Assembly: GCA_964016885.1 (NCBI GenBank)
Contig: OZ024742.1
Span: 189,224,001-189,288,000 of the forward strand
Source: Eledone cirrhosa
Lineage: Eukaryota
Length of the DNA: 64,000 nt
Direction of reading: 5' to 3'
Positions 12,815 to 27,735 of this stretch are shown piece after piece; the first letter of the stretch is position 1, and every line of letters begins with the position of its first letter. The notes under the pieces are model-generated. The model was not told the DNA's origin. It saw nothing but the letters and a program-made list of their open reading frames with translations, and did no database searches. The position numbers and the translations under genes were made by a program.

Positions 12815-13642
12815 GTCAACCAACCATACATCCACCCAGCCAACCATCCATCCATCCACCCATTCACCCAGCCATACAACCATCCATCCACCTAGCCAGC
12901 CATCCACCCGGCCAGCCAACCAACCAACCAACCAACCAGCCAACCATCACCAAACTACCAGCCAACCACCAACCAGCAAACCATCAATCCATCCAATCAG
13001 CCAATCAACCAACCAACCAACCAACCAGCCAATCAACAAGCCAACCAGCCAACCAGCCAACCAGCCCACCAACCAGCCAACAAACCAACCAACTAGCCAA
13101 CCAACCAGCCAACCAATCAGCCAACCAACCAGCCAACCAACCAACCAATCAATCAACCAACCAACACACCAGCCAGCCAGTCATCCACAGCCATGACATA
13201 CCATGTCTTGCACACACATATACAAACACACATAGACATACACACATGTACACACACACACACTCATGCACACATGTACATACACAAACACAGACATACA
13301 CTCATGTACATACACAAACACACAGACATACACACATGTACATACACAAAATACACACACATGTACACACACAAGTACACACACAAATATACATAGACAT
13401 ACATGTGTACATATACAAAACACAGACATATGCACATGTACACATATACAGACACACACGCACATACACACATGTACATACACAAACACACAGGCATACA
13501 CACATGTAAACACACACAAGTACACACATGTATACACACACACACACACATATACATGTGCACACATACACTTACCCCCTATTTCTCTTTCATCACTACA
13601 TGTTGCCACCATTAATTCTGCTATACCTACTTTTATATCATG

Positions 13643-13697
<55 letters not shown>

Positions 13698-13935
13698 GGT
13701 GGTGGTGGTGGTGATGGTGGTGTTGTTGTTGTTGTCGGTGGTGGTGGGGGTGATGGTGGTGGTGGTGATGGTGGGGGTGTTGATGTGGTAATGGTGGTGG
13801 TCTTGTTGTTCGTGTTGTTGTTGTCGGTGGTGGTTTTGTTGGTGGTATTGGTGGTGTTGGTGGTAGCGATGGTGGTGTTGGTGGGGGTGTTGCTGTTGGT
13901 GTTGGTGGTGATGATGGTGCAGTTGTTGTTGTCTT
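12815..13935. repeat. Low-complexity block: (CCAA/CCAT/CCAG)n, (CA/TA)n, (GTT)n/(GGT)n
   Basis: Direct reading. Confidence 0.95.
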
Positions 13936-14057
13936 GGACCAATTCCAACGTTAAATACTTTATCTAAACACATTTCTCTTCAACAAGGTTATGATATTTC
14001 TTTATAAATATATATTTGTTGTATTTGGGAGTGTCTGTGTGTGTTTGGGAGTGTGTG

Positions 14058-14112
<55 letters not shown>

Positions 14113-14118
<6 letters not shown>

Positions 14119-14410
14119 TTGAAGTGTGTGTACAAGTGTGTATGTTTGAAGTGTGTGTACATGTGTGTGCGGGTTTGAAGTGTGTGTACATGTGTGTATG
14201 TTTGAAGTGTGTGTACATGTGTGTGCGTGTTTGAAGTGTGTGTACATGTGTGTATGCTTGAAGTGTGTGTACATGTGTGTGCGTGTTTGAAGTGTGTGTA
14301 CATGTGTGTATGTTTGAAGTGTGTGTACATGTGTGTGCGTGTTTGAAGTGTGTGTACATGTGTGTATGTTTGAAGTGTGTGTACATGTGTGTGCGTGTTT
14401 GAAGTGCGTG
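14113..14410. repeat. Minisatellite of alternating 27/29-bp units (56-bp higher-order repeat)
   Basis: GAAG anchors at 14121, 14148, 14177, 14204, 14233; about 11 monomers of TGTTTGAAGTGTGTGTACATGTGTGT(A/GCG). Confidence 0.9.
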
Positions 14411-14616
14411 TTTGCGAAATAAGGTGTTATTTATTAATGTGAGCAGTCAATGCAGAGAGAGAATGGAAAATGAGAATAAAATAAGGAGGAATAGAAGAAT
14501 AAATATTTCTTGTGTACAATAGAGAGATAACGAGAGGTAGGGAGAGGGGTGGGTGGATACAGATCGATAAATAGATAAGTAGACAAAAAGAGAGATAAAT
14601 CGAGAGATAAATAGAG

Positions 14617-14701
<85 letters not shown>

Positions 14702-14830
14702 TGTTTCATTATTAGCCACAGGGGCACAAAAGAAGGGGACAAATACAAAGGGGGAAGTTTACATACAATAAAAACGTGTAAAATGTTATCACAAATGCAA
14801 TTTAAAAAATTAGTCGATTTTCCCCAATAA

Positions 14831-14876
<46 letters not shown>

Positions 14877-14910
14877 GGATGGATGGATGGATGGATAGAA
14901 TGATAGTCAA

Positions 14911-15038
<128 letters not shown>

Positions 15039-15142
15039 TAGATAGATTTGAGTAGAAGAGGTTCAGGTGTCACCTAATGTCTATTATGTAACAATGTCTG
15101 TAGAAGTCTCTCTCTCCTTCTGCCCCTCCTTCTCTCTCTCTA

Positions 15143-15711
<569 letters not shown>

Positions 15712-15775
15712 TTTTCCCGGGTTGAAGTTGTAGTCCTGTAGAAGCTTTTTTATATTAAACATATATATATATATA

Positions 15776-15920
15776 TAGGAACGAGTAGTCCAGAATTAGC
15801 CGTCGAAACGGTTTGAGCTCAGCCGTCGGGGTCCTACTCGTTCCTATTACCCATTCTACTACCCTAAGTACTTTGGTGCGTTATGGTCCATCTGGTTCCT
15901 TACCACATTTCCTTCGTTAT
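15776..15920 (+). mobile_element. Short (TA)n-flanked fold-back family (other copies 35620-35686, 44160-44303, 62680-62896; relative at 27158-27255)
   Basis: Shared GCCGTCGGGGTCCTACTCGTTCCTATTACCCACTCTACTACCCTAAG...CCACATTTCCTTCGTTATA, preceded by an inverted TAGGAACGAGTAG. Confidence 0.85.
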
Positions 15921-16614
15921 ATATATATATATATATAAAATATTAAAAAAATAATGAATAAAACAATGAAACAGTTCCTTATATTAAACAAAAAAAGTTC
16001 ATTATTTAACGATCGTTTCTAGGACATATATGTGTTAGAATTGGCATGCATATTCAAAAGATCTATGTACAAAATTATACAAAATTATACAAACTATCAA
16101 ATAGAATATACATACCAACACATACATATGCCGTCTTCAGAAATAATGAAGTATATTTATTGATAATAACAACAATTCAAAATTACAGGTCTGTTTGGGA
16201 ACAGATTTTAAATAGATCAATGAAATACATAAAAATACATCAAGAAAATACAGTTAGGTGTGTGTATATATGCAAGTAACTTCGTTCACAGATATGCATA
16301 AAAATGTATGTTCACATGCATACGCATGTCGAAAAAGTGTATGTAAATACAAAAATTCAGGGCTAATGTCTCTGTATGTTTATAATCCACAGACAAAATA
16401 CACATACGTATACATACATATATACACTCATATATACACACATATACATACATTCATACACACACACGCATATATACATAAACATACACATACCCACGAA
16501 CACACACACACATATATACACACACACACACATACGTATATATTATTATTATAACTATATGGATATTGAGGCGCACACATAAACACGGCCACATACACTT
16601 ACATATATATATAT

Positions 16615-17087
16615 ATGGAATAGAATGAAACGAAATTTTATTTCTCACTCTTAGTACGGCACTTACTTAAATGTAAGTATGTATGTATACATACATACAT
16701 ATATGTATACAGATGTACAGTAGTATGTATATATATGCATACATGCACACATATATATATGCACGTATCGGCTTACCGGACATTTATTATAATGCTCGGT
16801 TTGTTTGTTTGTAAACAAACAAACAGCCCGAATTACGCCGTACAGTGTTTAGGCAACCACGTCACCTTTTTGTTCAACACTGACACAGGAACGATGTACT
16901 AGTTTCAAGCTTATTAGCTATCGTCAGCATCGTATACCTTCCTGCCAGATGCTTGAACGTCTGAAAGTATATACTTTCCTTATGCATATTAACGGCTGAG
17001 CAGCCTAATTTGCATATCGAGTGAGTTCAGTCGGCCGGGCGCACCGAAAACGATAAATGGAATAGAATGAAACGAAATTTCATTTCT

Positions 17088-17090
<3 letters not shown>
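16615..17090 (-). mobile_element. Retrozyme-like/pLTR unit, 442-bp period with 34-bp terminal redundancy, one hammerhead
   Basis: ATGGAATAGAATGAAACGAAATTT(T/C)ATTTCTCAC at 16615-16648 and 17057-17090; second copy at 60064-60298; rearranged piece at 6205-6275. Confidence 0.8.
16891..16933 (-). ncRNA. Minimal type I hammerhead ribozyme
   Basis: Minus strand acgatg CTGACGA tagct-aata-agctt GAAAC-TA-GTA^catcgt; perfect 6-bp helix I, canonical core, GUA site, palindromic ACTAGT. Confidence 0.92.
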
Positions 17091-17182
<92 letters not shown>

Positions 17183-17257
17183 TCATACATAATTATGTGT
17201 CTATATACATGTGTTTTGTATCTGCAAATCTTCAACAAAGAAAAAGAAAATTTAGTA

Positions 17258-17289
<32 letters not shown>

Positions 17290-17671
17290 TCTTTATATAT
17301 ATGATCTAGAAAATCGTGTGTGCTATGTACGAAATGTGATCCAGATGGAAAGATGGTAATATATACACCGTTAATATAAAGAGAGAAATAGATTGATGGC
17401 ACTATGTATAGTTGGGTACATAGCTATGTGTGTGTTTGTGTATGTGTCTGTGTATGTGTGCGTCTGTGTATATGTCTGTGTCTGTGTATGTCTGTGTCTG
17501 AGTGTGTGTGTGTGTGTATGTGTGTGTATCTGTATGTCTGTGTCTGTGTATCCGTGCACATTTATTCAGGTGCATACATTTGATAGGAGTTTCACCTTCT
17601 TTGATACCAAGCTGTTCCTCGTTCTATAATATTTAGCTGTTTATTTTTACTGTGCTAATATTCACCTAGAC

Positions 17672-17836
17672 CAGGTACGGGCAACCTTTTTCGAGCAGTG
17701 GGCCGCATAAGATGCGGTTCATTATAAAGCCGCTTGCACTACTAAAAAAATTCAAAGCAATTTTGAAATTAATCGTGCTATTCAGAAAGCCAAACGAGCC
17801 GTATATAGCTCGGGGTCCGCAGTTTGGCCATGACTG
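17672..17836. mobile_element. hAT/Charlie-like MITE
   Basis: CAGGTACGGGCAACC...GTTTGGCCATGACTG termini; GGGCCGCA subterminal motif; degenerate TCTAGA-like target. Confidence 0.65.
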
Positions 17837-18047
17837 ATCTAATACCTTCGTTTCAGAAAATCTACATACAAACACATAAATAGACAGACAGATAGATAGA
17901 TAGCCCTGAGGTATACATGCATGTATGTATGTTAGGTAGGTATATCGATAGATAGATAGATATGTATGTTTATCTCTTTCTCTTAATTTCGAGTATATTT
18001 TTGTCCGGCCACCTTCCTGGTGGCAAGGTGTAAAAGAAAAAAAATTG

Positions 18048-18456
18048 TTATCCCTTGAATCGCAAGAATGTTTTGCAAATTTTGAAGGTGCCAGCTATCC
18101 CAGCCATTTGTAGTCTATGAATTAGGGAGCTGCGCTCTTTATCCGCAAATCCAAGTTCAGTTATACATTGGTCCAAGCGGCTTGGTATATAACCCGTAGC
18201 TCCAATAATGATGGGTATGAAGCTAAAGGTGTATCTTGGATACTGGATTTGTAAACTCCTCATCAATGGTCAGTAGATGACCTCCTTCTCCTGTATTTTT
18301 CTGACAACGTTTACATCGAGTGGGCAGCTAATCTCTACAACAGAACACGTTTTCAATGTGTGGTCCCAAACAACAATATCAGGCCGGTTGTGCTTTAATT
18401 TGGTGCCAGTTTTTATTTTCAGGTTCCGCCAGTATTCTTTAGTGCCACCTGTCTCA

Positions 18457-18460
<4 letters not shown>
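18048..18460 (-). pseudogene. R4/Dong-clade LINE restriction-like endonuclease fragment
   Basis: KHNRPDIVVWD...VVEISCPLD, IPIIIGATG. Confidence 0.85.
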
Positions 18461-18487
<27 letters not shown>

Positions 18488-18761
18488 TGTATGTATGTAT
18501 GTATGTATGTATGTATGTATGTATGTATGTATGTTCTTCTGGTTTTATAATTTCACAAAGTTTTACCAATAGAGAGAGAGTCGGTTTCTAATATAAACAC
18601 AAGACTCTCTCATTGGAATGTACACAACATTAACTAGGTAGATATGTATGTATGCATGCATGTGTAGATATGGATGTTATTGTATGTGTGGATGTGTATG
18701 TTTTGAGTTGTATGTGTGCATGTGTATATGCTTTGCATCTGTACATGTGTATATGCAGTTA

Positions 18762-20935
18762 TTAAATGCAAAATTTTTGGAATGTTTTACATATTTTTAC
18801 TGTTCCATTAATGGATTGTACTTGTAATTTCCTAACTAGTTGTGTTCTTTCTGTTCCTGTGAAGCCTAGCTTCTCAAGATTTGTATTGAGGCAGTTACTA
18901 ACATACCCCAGTGCCCCAATAATCACAGGTATAAATCTGAAGGTGTAATCAGGGTGGAGTATCTGCAGATTTCTCATCAGTTCTGCATAAATATTCTCCT
19001 TTTCACTAATCTTTGATATTATATTGGCATCTGCTGGGGAGCTAATTTCCACTACTGTGCATGCTTTTTTCTCCCTGTCCCATATCATAATATCTGGTCT
19101 GTTATGCCTGCATTTTATTGGGGTTTTTACTGGAACATTCCACCAGTACTCTTTCATATTATGTACATGGATGTCTTCCACAGCTTTTAATGTGTTTATT
19201 ATCGGGGCTATCTTTTTTACGAACTGCATTGTACAGTGTTTTGGCCACTACATCATGCCTCATAGGTAGATAGTACCGCGATGACATCTTTGGACAGCTG
19301 CTGATGACATGGGTGATATCCTCGATGTTAGTTCTGCAGAATCTGCACTTGTTATCACATCTAGGTGTTTTGCCTGCATCCCTATCTCTTTTGTGAATCA
19401 GGTATTTCGTGTTAATCTCCTGTTCTTGGATTGCAAAAGCGTATCCGTGAAAGTGGGAGCCAATATAGCGGTTGTTGGTCCAAGATAGACTACTTTCCTT
19501 ATCTATATTACTCTCACTCTGGAGCTTCCTGGCAACATATCCATGCATGATTTTTTTGCTGATAAGCATGTAGTTTTTCATCCATGGATTCACTGCGATA
19601 CTGCTGAGCGACATCCCTGGGTGTGAGATTTTGATTATCACACAGGGAATATCTCTCGACGAGTTCCTTCCCAACTCTCATGATCTTATCTGTTTCATGC
19701 AGATATACTTGCTCGAGAAACGGGCTCCTGCGCTTCGAGGTTCGTAGATGTTGTCGGAGAGATATGATGCGACATTCAAATGTTGTCTGGACTGATGTTA
19801 GGCCTCTGCCTCCCTGCTTACGTTTCAAGTAAAGGCGGTCTATGTCACTGTTGATGTGGAAGTTTCCGGTGTTGTTTAGTATTTTTCGAGTTCCAACATC
19901 AACTGCTCGGAATTCGTCTATCGTCCAATTGAGTATTCCAAACGTTGGTGTTAGGACAGGCACAGCAAACACATTGTGAACCACTGTTTTGTTTTGCACA
20001 GACAGTTCCGATAACCAAATCTTTCTTAATCGGGTGCAGTATTCTCTGGTTACGCGTTCTTTATTACAGACACCATTATAGGATATGTTCTCATCTATCC
20101 CCAGGTATCTGTAGCAGTCCTCATCAGATATCAGTGAAACAGTTAGGCCATTGGTGACAATGTTGCTAGATTGGGTTGTTGTTTTTCCCCGCTTTACAGT
20201 CATGTATGAGCATTTATCTTGGCCAAACTCCATTCCTATATCCTTTGAGAACGTTGTAACCAGGTAAAGATTTTTCTTCATCCCATCCATGTTCTTGGCA
20301 TAGAGTTTCAGATCGTCCACAAAGAAATTATGGGTTAGGTTCATATTTCTGTCCTCCTGTGAGCCAATGATGTATCCCTCACATTTCTTGAGCAGAAAGG
20401 ACAAGGGGTTTAATGACAAGATGAATAATATCACACAGAGACTGTCCCCCTGAAATATACCCCTGCAATATTTTATTTTATCAGTGAAAATAGAGTCCTC
20501 CCTCTCTGTCTTTAACCCAAGAAGAAGACAGCCTCTCTATGGTTCTGACAATAATGTCTGGGACTTTAGCAGGTTGGAGGGCCTCTATCATCCAAGAGTG
20601 GGGAACAGAATCGAAAGCTTTCCTGTAGTCCAGCCAGACTGTAGCCGTATTCCTCCTAACTTGTCGCACCTCCGACATCGCAGTTTTGTTGATTAGGAGT
20701 TGTTCAGCACATCCCCAAACCCCTTTCTTTCCAGCTGCTTGTTCATCTGTGATGATGTTATTATTTTCACAGTGATCTTGGAGGAATAGGTTCAGGCAGG
20801 CTGTATACATCTTATACATCAGGTTCTGGCATGCAATGGGTCGGTAGTTTTTTGCCAAGTGGGTGTCTTTGTTCTTGGGGACCAGTAATGTTTGTGCTAA
20901 TGTCAACCATCCTGGCATAAGTGTATCTCCCTTAA
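18762..20935 (-). pseudogene. R4/Dong-clade LINE RT + CCHC + RLE, frameshifted, 5'-truncated
   Basis: NYRPIAC, WLDYRKAFDSVPH, IFQGDSL, FFVDDLKLY, CRFC..EDITHVISSC, RHD, HNRPDIMIWD..VVEIS. Confidence 0.92.
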
Positions 20936-21837
20936 GAACGTTACTGCGTGGTTGTTTTACACCCCGTAGATAGAATAACCCTCAACACCAGGAGCACGTT
21001 TTGTAGGTTTCTCGTCTTCTCTCTTTTTGTCTTCCTCAACCTACAGGTTTATAGATAAATAGATAGATAGATAGATAGATAGCTAAACAAAGATACACAT
21101 ATATTGGTTTCTGTTCTGGTGATTGCAGTAGTCTACAAGTGAGAAAGAACTCAATGTTAAAAATATTGTGCCTTCTAAATACAAATATTCATATTCTTAC
21201 AACATGGCTGTAGTGTTTCCTTAAAATGTCTGCTTGATAAACTTCATCAGAAGCTTAGCGAATACAAGTTTTGCTGAAGTTTTTGTAGCCATATAAGAAT
21301 GTATAACTTTTCAAAGGGTTTATCGCTACAGATACCAGACCTGTCAACTCTCCTTGTTCGACGGGGAGATATCCCTCCCACTTTGTGATGGGTGGGAGAT
21401 ATCTTCTCTTGTGAAAATGGGTATAGCTTTGATTATGTAAAATCTCCCCATTTTACCTCATACCTCCCCGTTTTGGGGGCACTTGTTTTCATGGGGTTTT
21501 AGAGGTTGGCAGATCTGAGACACTGTTGTATTTTAAGGTAAGAATTTGTGTACATTCAACGTTATTCTCAGGCTGATTCAGTGTAACATGAGTTGGAATT
21601 TTGAATTGGAAGAACCATCCATTCGATAAACTTCTCCACAGTTTCTGCCCATCCAGTTGGGACTGACAAACAATGAATCGACCCGGAGTTATGTTAAAAG
21701 TCATTTGCCTAAGATGACAAGCATTAGGATCGAATCTGTGATCTCATGTTTACAAAGTGATCTCATTATCACATGCCTGTATCCATATTCTTACCACTGC
21801 CATCACCATCAAAACCACGTTTAGTTCAATGTACAAA

Positions 21838-22195
21838 TAATGATTTTTGATTGGGGGACAAGGCCAGCAACTTTGGGGGAGGAGAAAGTCGATTAAATCG
21901 ACCTCAGTACGTGACTGGTACTTTATTTTATCGACCACATAAGGATGAAAGGCAAAACTAACCTCGGCTGGATTTGAACTCAGAACATAAGGGGATGCAA
22001 CTCTATGCCGCTGCAAAGCATCAAAGTACAAATTTGGGGGAGGGGAAAGTCGATTAAATCGGCCCCAGTGCGCTATTGGTACTTTATTTTATCGACCCCG
22101 TAAGGATGAAAGGCAAAACTAACCTTGGTGGGATTTGAACTCAGAACATAAAGGGACGTAACTCTATGCCGCTGCAAAGCATCAAAGTACAAAAT
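21838..22195 (-). mobile_element. Tandemly duplicated Meta-core SINE (~161-bp period)
   Basis: CTCTATGCCGCTGCAAAGCATCAAAGTACAAA ends both units. Confidence 0.85.
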
Positions 22196-22548
22196 AACAA
22201 TGATAGCGGTATTCCTTCAGAATCAGTATATAATAATAACAACAGTATCTCTGGTGGTCATTTAATATTTTCTGATATATTTTTTTCGCTTTAGTAGTTT
22301 GCCGAGTGGGACATTTAGCAACTAGTCTGGCAGAAAATCAATATAAATTGGCTGGTGGCAAAAATGTCAAGTTAGCATTTGCTGATCGATATATGTCTTT
22401 TCTTTAATCCCTTCATTTTGACAGCAGTAATGGAAATTCACTACTAGATGGAGAGAATAATTATTATAACACTCCTCAGCTACAGATTAATGCAGTTATT
22501 ATGTATTTAAACCCTGCAATTAATCATATACATTATCAATCATATGCA

Positions 22549-22618
<70 letters not shown>

Positions 22619-22669
22619 TATATAACATACATACATACATATATATATATATATAAATACATACATGAT

Positions 22670-23130
22670 GGCTGCTCCCTCGTTATCGAGTATGGCCATT
22701 GCACGATATATGATTATTAATAATTATTAATTAATTCTATCGTGCAATGCCTGTGCGTGAAGATATTTTTTAAAGTGAGGAAAGACTGTGCACTGAGCCA
22801 ATCCCACTCTCTGAGCAACAGTAGCTATAACCCGAAAAGAAGAAAAGATAAACATCATCGGTAACTACTGAGGTTTTATATCGGAGTTATCCCAGTTTCC
22901 TGAATTGCCTTCTCCTAGAAGAATGCCTTGACAAAGGCTAGGGGTCCTTAACTCCCAGTGGTTTAACCGCGCGGTACATGTGTATATACATATTTACACA
23001 CTTTCAGATGGCCGTTGACTCTTATGAGTTCTTCCGCCCTTTGTCAGGTTTTGTTTTTCGTCCTGCAGGGTGTCCAAAATCACCCTCCTCACCAAGTGAA
23101 CTTGGTGGGGTTGCCGGTTTAGTCGCCGAA
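22670..23130 (-). mobile_element. Probable RTE 5' UTR fragments
   Basis: TTCTCCTAG...GCCTTGACAAAGGCT and TTGGTGGGGTTGCCGGTTTAGTCGCCG resemble RTE 5' regions, from recall only. Confidence 0.4.
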
Positions 23131-23622
23131 AATATGTACAACCCTCATCTCCAGGAGCACCAAGAGTGAGTACTCCCTTCCTCTCTTCCTCTTTTTCCTC
23201 AACCTACAGGCTTATATAGAGAGAAGGCCCAACCACTCGGGCAATCTTTGCCACATTCACCCACCTTTTATAAAATTTGCTGGGGTATAGCACCTCTCTC
23301 TCCATCCTGATTCTTCTTCCAAAATGATATTTGAAAAAACGAATCAGTTGCTCGCCGGGGAGAAAGGTGTCTGACCTCAGCCCTTTTAACCTTGTCCACC
23401 ATATAATCTCTTTCACCATAGCTATAACACATAGGAAAACCGCCTCTCCTTCGTTTTTGAAGGAGGGTGGCGATTTGATCATGACAATGGACTCGGTGGT
23501 CAACTGGATTGGTCCCACCCGCGACAATAGTCGTTCTACATAGCTCCACAGGTCGGTAACGCCCGGGCAGTGTACAAATGCGTGTGCGACGGTTTCCTCG
23601 TCGCGCACGCATCTCGGACAGA
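23131..23622 (-). pseudogene. Tx1/L1-clade LINE 3' end (CCHC zinc knuckle); related fragments at 20945-21055 and 54350-54710
   Basis: CPRCVRDEETVAHAFVHC...LW..V..IWWTR...IRMEREVL. The 54600-54690 minus strand encodes a similar IRVEREVL. Confidence 0.8.
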
Positions 23623-23667
23623 TTTTTTACGAAGGGTCCCTATATATAGATAGATAGATATACACCT

Positions 23668-23707
<40 letters not shown>

Positions 23708-25242
23708 GTATGATATATACCTGTGATCCTTAGCAAATGCCATCCCTAAGAATAACATTGATTGTGTACCCTTTTTCTGCTATGCTTTGTCTTCTGTCTC
23801 ACTCTTGACATTTATAGAATGTTCCATCCGACCCCAGCGCTTCTGTTATTGAAATACAACTTTTCAATATTATAGAATGCCTATTTCGCAAATTCTTTGC
23901 TTTCTTAAAGAGGGCAGGCAGAGGTACAAGGCTACACAATTTGCGGTGGATCTCGTGATCTGAAACATATTTTATCGAAGCTCGTCGAATGAACTCGGTG
24001 GTATTCGAGATAGATCCAAATAATTATCACAAACCATTAAGTACGACGCTCTAACGATTTAGTTAATCCATTACGATCAATTTTATCAAATTGTATTACG
24101 AATACAGTCAAGTATTGGGGCTGATATAATCGAGTTTCCCCTCCCCTCCTCCCTAAAATTTCTGGCCTTGTTCCTAAATTACAAACCTTAAATATGTAAT
24201 ATAAATGATTTATGGGCAAAACCAACCGACAGGTGACCTAAAGGCTGACCTCAAGGAAGATGGTTGTATTACATCCATGAGGTTGGCTGGTCTCACTTGG
24301 GGATCCAGCCAGATCAATTGGTGACAGTTGCTTCTGACAGGACCCGCTGGAAGAAGTGTTTGAGGACTCCACAACTCCATCAGAAATAAGTGGGCTAAAA
24401 AGAAGTATACAGTTAGGTATTGGGGCTAGTATATTCGATTTTCCTCTCCTCCTTAAAATTTCTGGCGTTTTTCCTAAATTAGAAACTATAGATATCTAAT
24501 ATGAAAGATAAAGGGACTCGAACTCTGGTAAATGTTATGTACAACGTTTCATACTGTAATCTCTTCCAGTCAAATCTTTTCGGGTGTGAATCCCTTCCAG
24601 TGAATATTCATAGAAAAATATCAAATATATCTTTAGATGTATCGTAATTAGAAAGTAAGTCGAAATTTGATAGCGTCAATAACTATCTCTTATGAAATGT
24701 AAACCTTGGAAACATATTAGACAAAAGACCTGCTGGAATGGGCCTCCATCGGTTTCAACGATGCGTATTCCAGTTGTTCGATCAACAGAACGGCCGGTTC
24801 GTGAAATTAACGTTTAAGTGACTGAGAATTCCACAAACACGTGTATCCTGTGTCTAATTCTCAGGGAGATTCAACGTGGCAAAGATTGACCCATACCCCA
24901 CCCGCATGCATTGTGAGTTAAATTGCGGAGACAGAAATTGCGTGAAAGCCCATCGAATGAATTATAATAGTAATTACAAAGGTCAGCCGAGTCAAGCAGT
25001 GAGTCATAGTAAATCTACCTGAGGGTACACATTAAGGGTTCACTTTAAGAGTACACGTCCCTGTGAAATATTCAGTCACTTGCACTTTAATTTCATAAAC
25101 AGTATGTTCTGTTGGAACATTCATCAGAAATTCCTTTGTTTTGAAATGGGCAATTAGGGGGTTTGGAGAAGTTTTAGGGAGTTTTAGGTTATTGTGTTTT
25201 TTTACATGTGTTTTTACATGTGTTTTTTTGAATGAACCAACG

Positions 25243-25710
25243 TTCTTCTTCTTCTTCTTCTTCTTCTTCTTCGCACAATTATTCCTGACAGGGTCGTGAT
25301 GGAGGACAGAGTCCTCAAACACTCCTTCCAACGGGCCCTGGTCCTGTCAAAAGTAACCGTCTCTAACTGATCCGGCTTGATCCTCAAGCGAGACCAGCCA
25401 AGTTCATGGATGTAATCTAACCATCATGCCCGGTGTCAACCCGTAGGTTTCCGGCCGGTTGGTTTGGCCAATAAAATCTGTCCAGGAATTCTTTCCTACG
25501 ACATTCGTACGACATACCCATAATATTGGAGCTGTGATCTCTCAATTCAGAGAATTAGTGGATCCACTTGGAGTGACACACTCACGCACTCTATCGAGTA
25601 GCGTTTCTCCGAAGATCCTTCAGAGATACCCATTTCTGCCGCTTGTATTCGCAATCGTATTCTTTCAGTTTTTACACAAGATTCATGGCAATGAATAGGG
25701 TTGCCACGAA
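25243..25710 (-). pseudogene. RTE LINE 3' fragment with (GAA)n tail; diverged opposite-strand copy at 24210-24385
   Basis: HES.VKTERIRLRIQAAEMG, RIERSQLQYYGYVVRM, WLDYIHELGWSRL. Confidence 0.8.
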
Positions 25711-26209
25711 TAGCGTTATTTAAAAAAAAATTTAGTGAAACTTTTATTTGGTTAATTATGGAGAAAAAGAGAGCAGCATTGGAAAGAGCAATATGTGCCA
25801 TAAATGAGAAGAAAAGGAAGGGAAGAACAAGGATTATTAGACAAAGGAAGAAAGTTAGAGGGAGGGGAGGGGGTGACAGATACTACAGCTAGGTCAGAAC
25901 GGTGTTCGGTTCCGCCTCATGGCAAAATATGATTTTGAATTGCATTAGATAAATTTTGTGTACGGCTTCTTCTATTTTGGGGTTTCCGCTCAGAAGTTCG
26001 TAGAAATCAACCCAGACTTGCAGTATCATGCTTTTTCTTGTATTTGTCTTTTAGATTCTAGAGAAATAGTTTAGGATTATTCTTTTACTTTTATCATCTT
26101 AAAGGAATTCTTGGAGCATTGTTGTTCTACTTGTGTTCGCATGCCTTAGCACTAAGAATAAATACGCTGATTTTGCGTTAGCATCATCAGGTCTCAGATT
26201 CACACATAC

Positions 26210-26287
<78 letters not shown>

Positions 26288-26404
26288 TTATATATGCATA
26301 ATATATATATATATATATATATACATTTATATATTTATATATATGCATATATATATATATATATATATATGTAATGTATGTATGTATATATATATATATA
26401 TAAG

Positions 26405-26467
<63 letters not shown>

Positions 26468-26921
26468 TCTCACATACCTTTCTGATAGGGGTACAATTCA
26501 GATATAACTGATTCATCAAATTTATACTCCAACCCCCTAGTGGGGAAATATGTGTGTGCCGGTGAGTGTACGCACATGTGTGTATATGTGTATGTCTGTG
26601 TCTGCGCGTATATGTGTTAATGTGTGTGTGTATGGGGGGATGTATGTACCTGTGCGAAAGTGGGCGTGAGAGTTAGTGTGTGTGGAGGTGAATGTATGTA
26701 CCTGTGTATATGTGTGCATGTGTGAGTGAATGTATGTACTCGTGTATGTACCTGAGTGTGTGTATCCATGTGTGTGTTAGTGTGTGTGTGTGCGTTATCT
26801 GTACACAATTTTAAGTCTCACTAACATAGTACACATGAAATATGATACAATCACGGTAACAGTGAAATAGAAGATTTAGGCGAGATCGTTGGTCTGGTAT
26901 TTAAATCTCTCCCCATCTCAC

Positions 26922-27042
<121 letters not shown>

Positions 27043-27112
27043 GAATATATATATTTGTGTGTGTGTGCGAAACTGTTCAAGTCCCGTAGAAGCCATTTCA
27101 ATATTAAATTTG

Positions 27113-27160
<48 letters not shown>

Positions 27161-27251
27161 CAAAGAAAGAGTGGTAAGATACTAGGTGGACCATTACGTT
27201 CGGATCTAGCTGAAACGACCGGATCTCTGCCGTCGGGGTCCTGTCTCTTAT

Positions 27252-27325
<74 letters not shown>

Positions 27326-27704
27326 CATTTGTTATATATATATATATATATTCGTCTTTCTCTCTTTAGCTACGCCCTGGCGAACTCTATTCCTATATCC
27401 CTTCTCTTCTCTCCGTCTCTCCCTCCCCCACTCCCCTCTGTCTGGTCGAAATCAATTGAAAAGAACCATGAGGATATACGGGCACCGCATGGTCAAGCCA
27501 GAACCAGGACATGTGTCACGACGGCAGTATTGTACAACATAGTACAGCAATGAACGATATACAAACAGAGATGAAGTTATATCATCGTGTTCCCCCTACA
27601 CTTGTTTCTGTGGCTATCACTACTCGTGTTTTTTCATAATTGTTATGCTGAAGTATTGTATAAAAGGTGACTCGAAGCATACACACACACATAATCCATC
27701 CCCA

Positions 27705-27735
<31 letters not shown>

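Noticed and set aside
12778-13967. Q/P/T/N-rich and H/T-rich ORFs
   Set aside because: Tetranucleotide and trinucleotide low-complexity DNA.
24210-25475. Large TIR transposon
   Set aside because: The inverted pair is two diverged RTE 3' fragments in opposite orientation.
26155-26197. Minus-strand CTGATGA-tgc/gca hammerhead-like motif
   Set aside because: No GAAA and no helix I.
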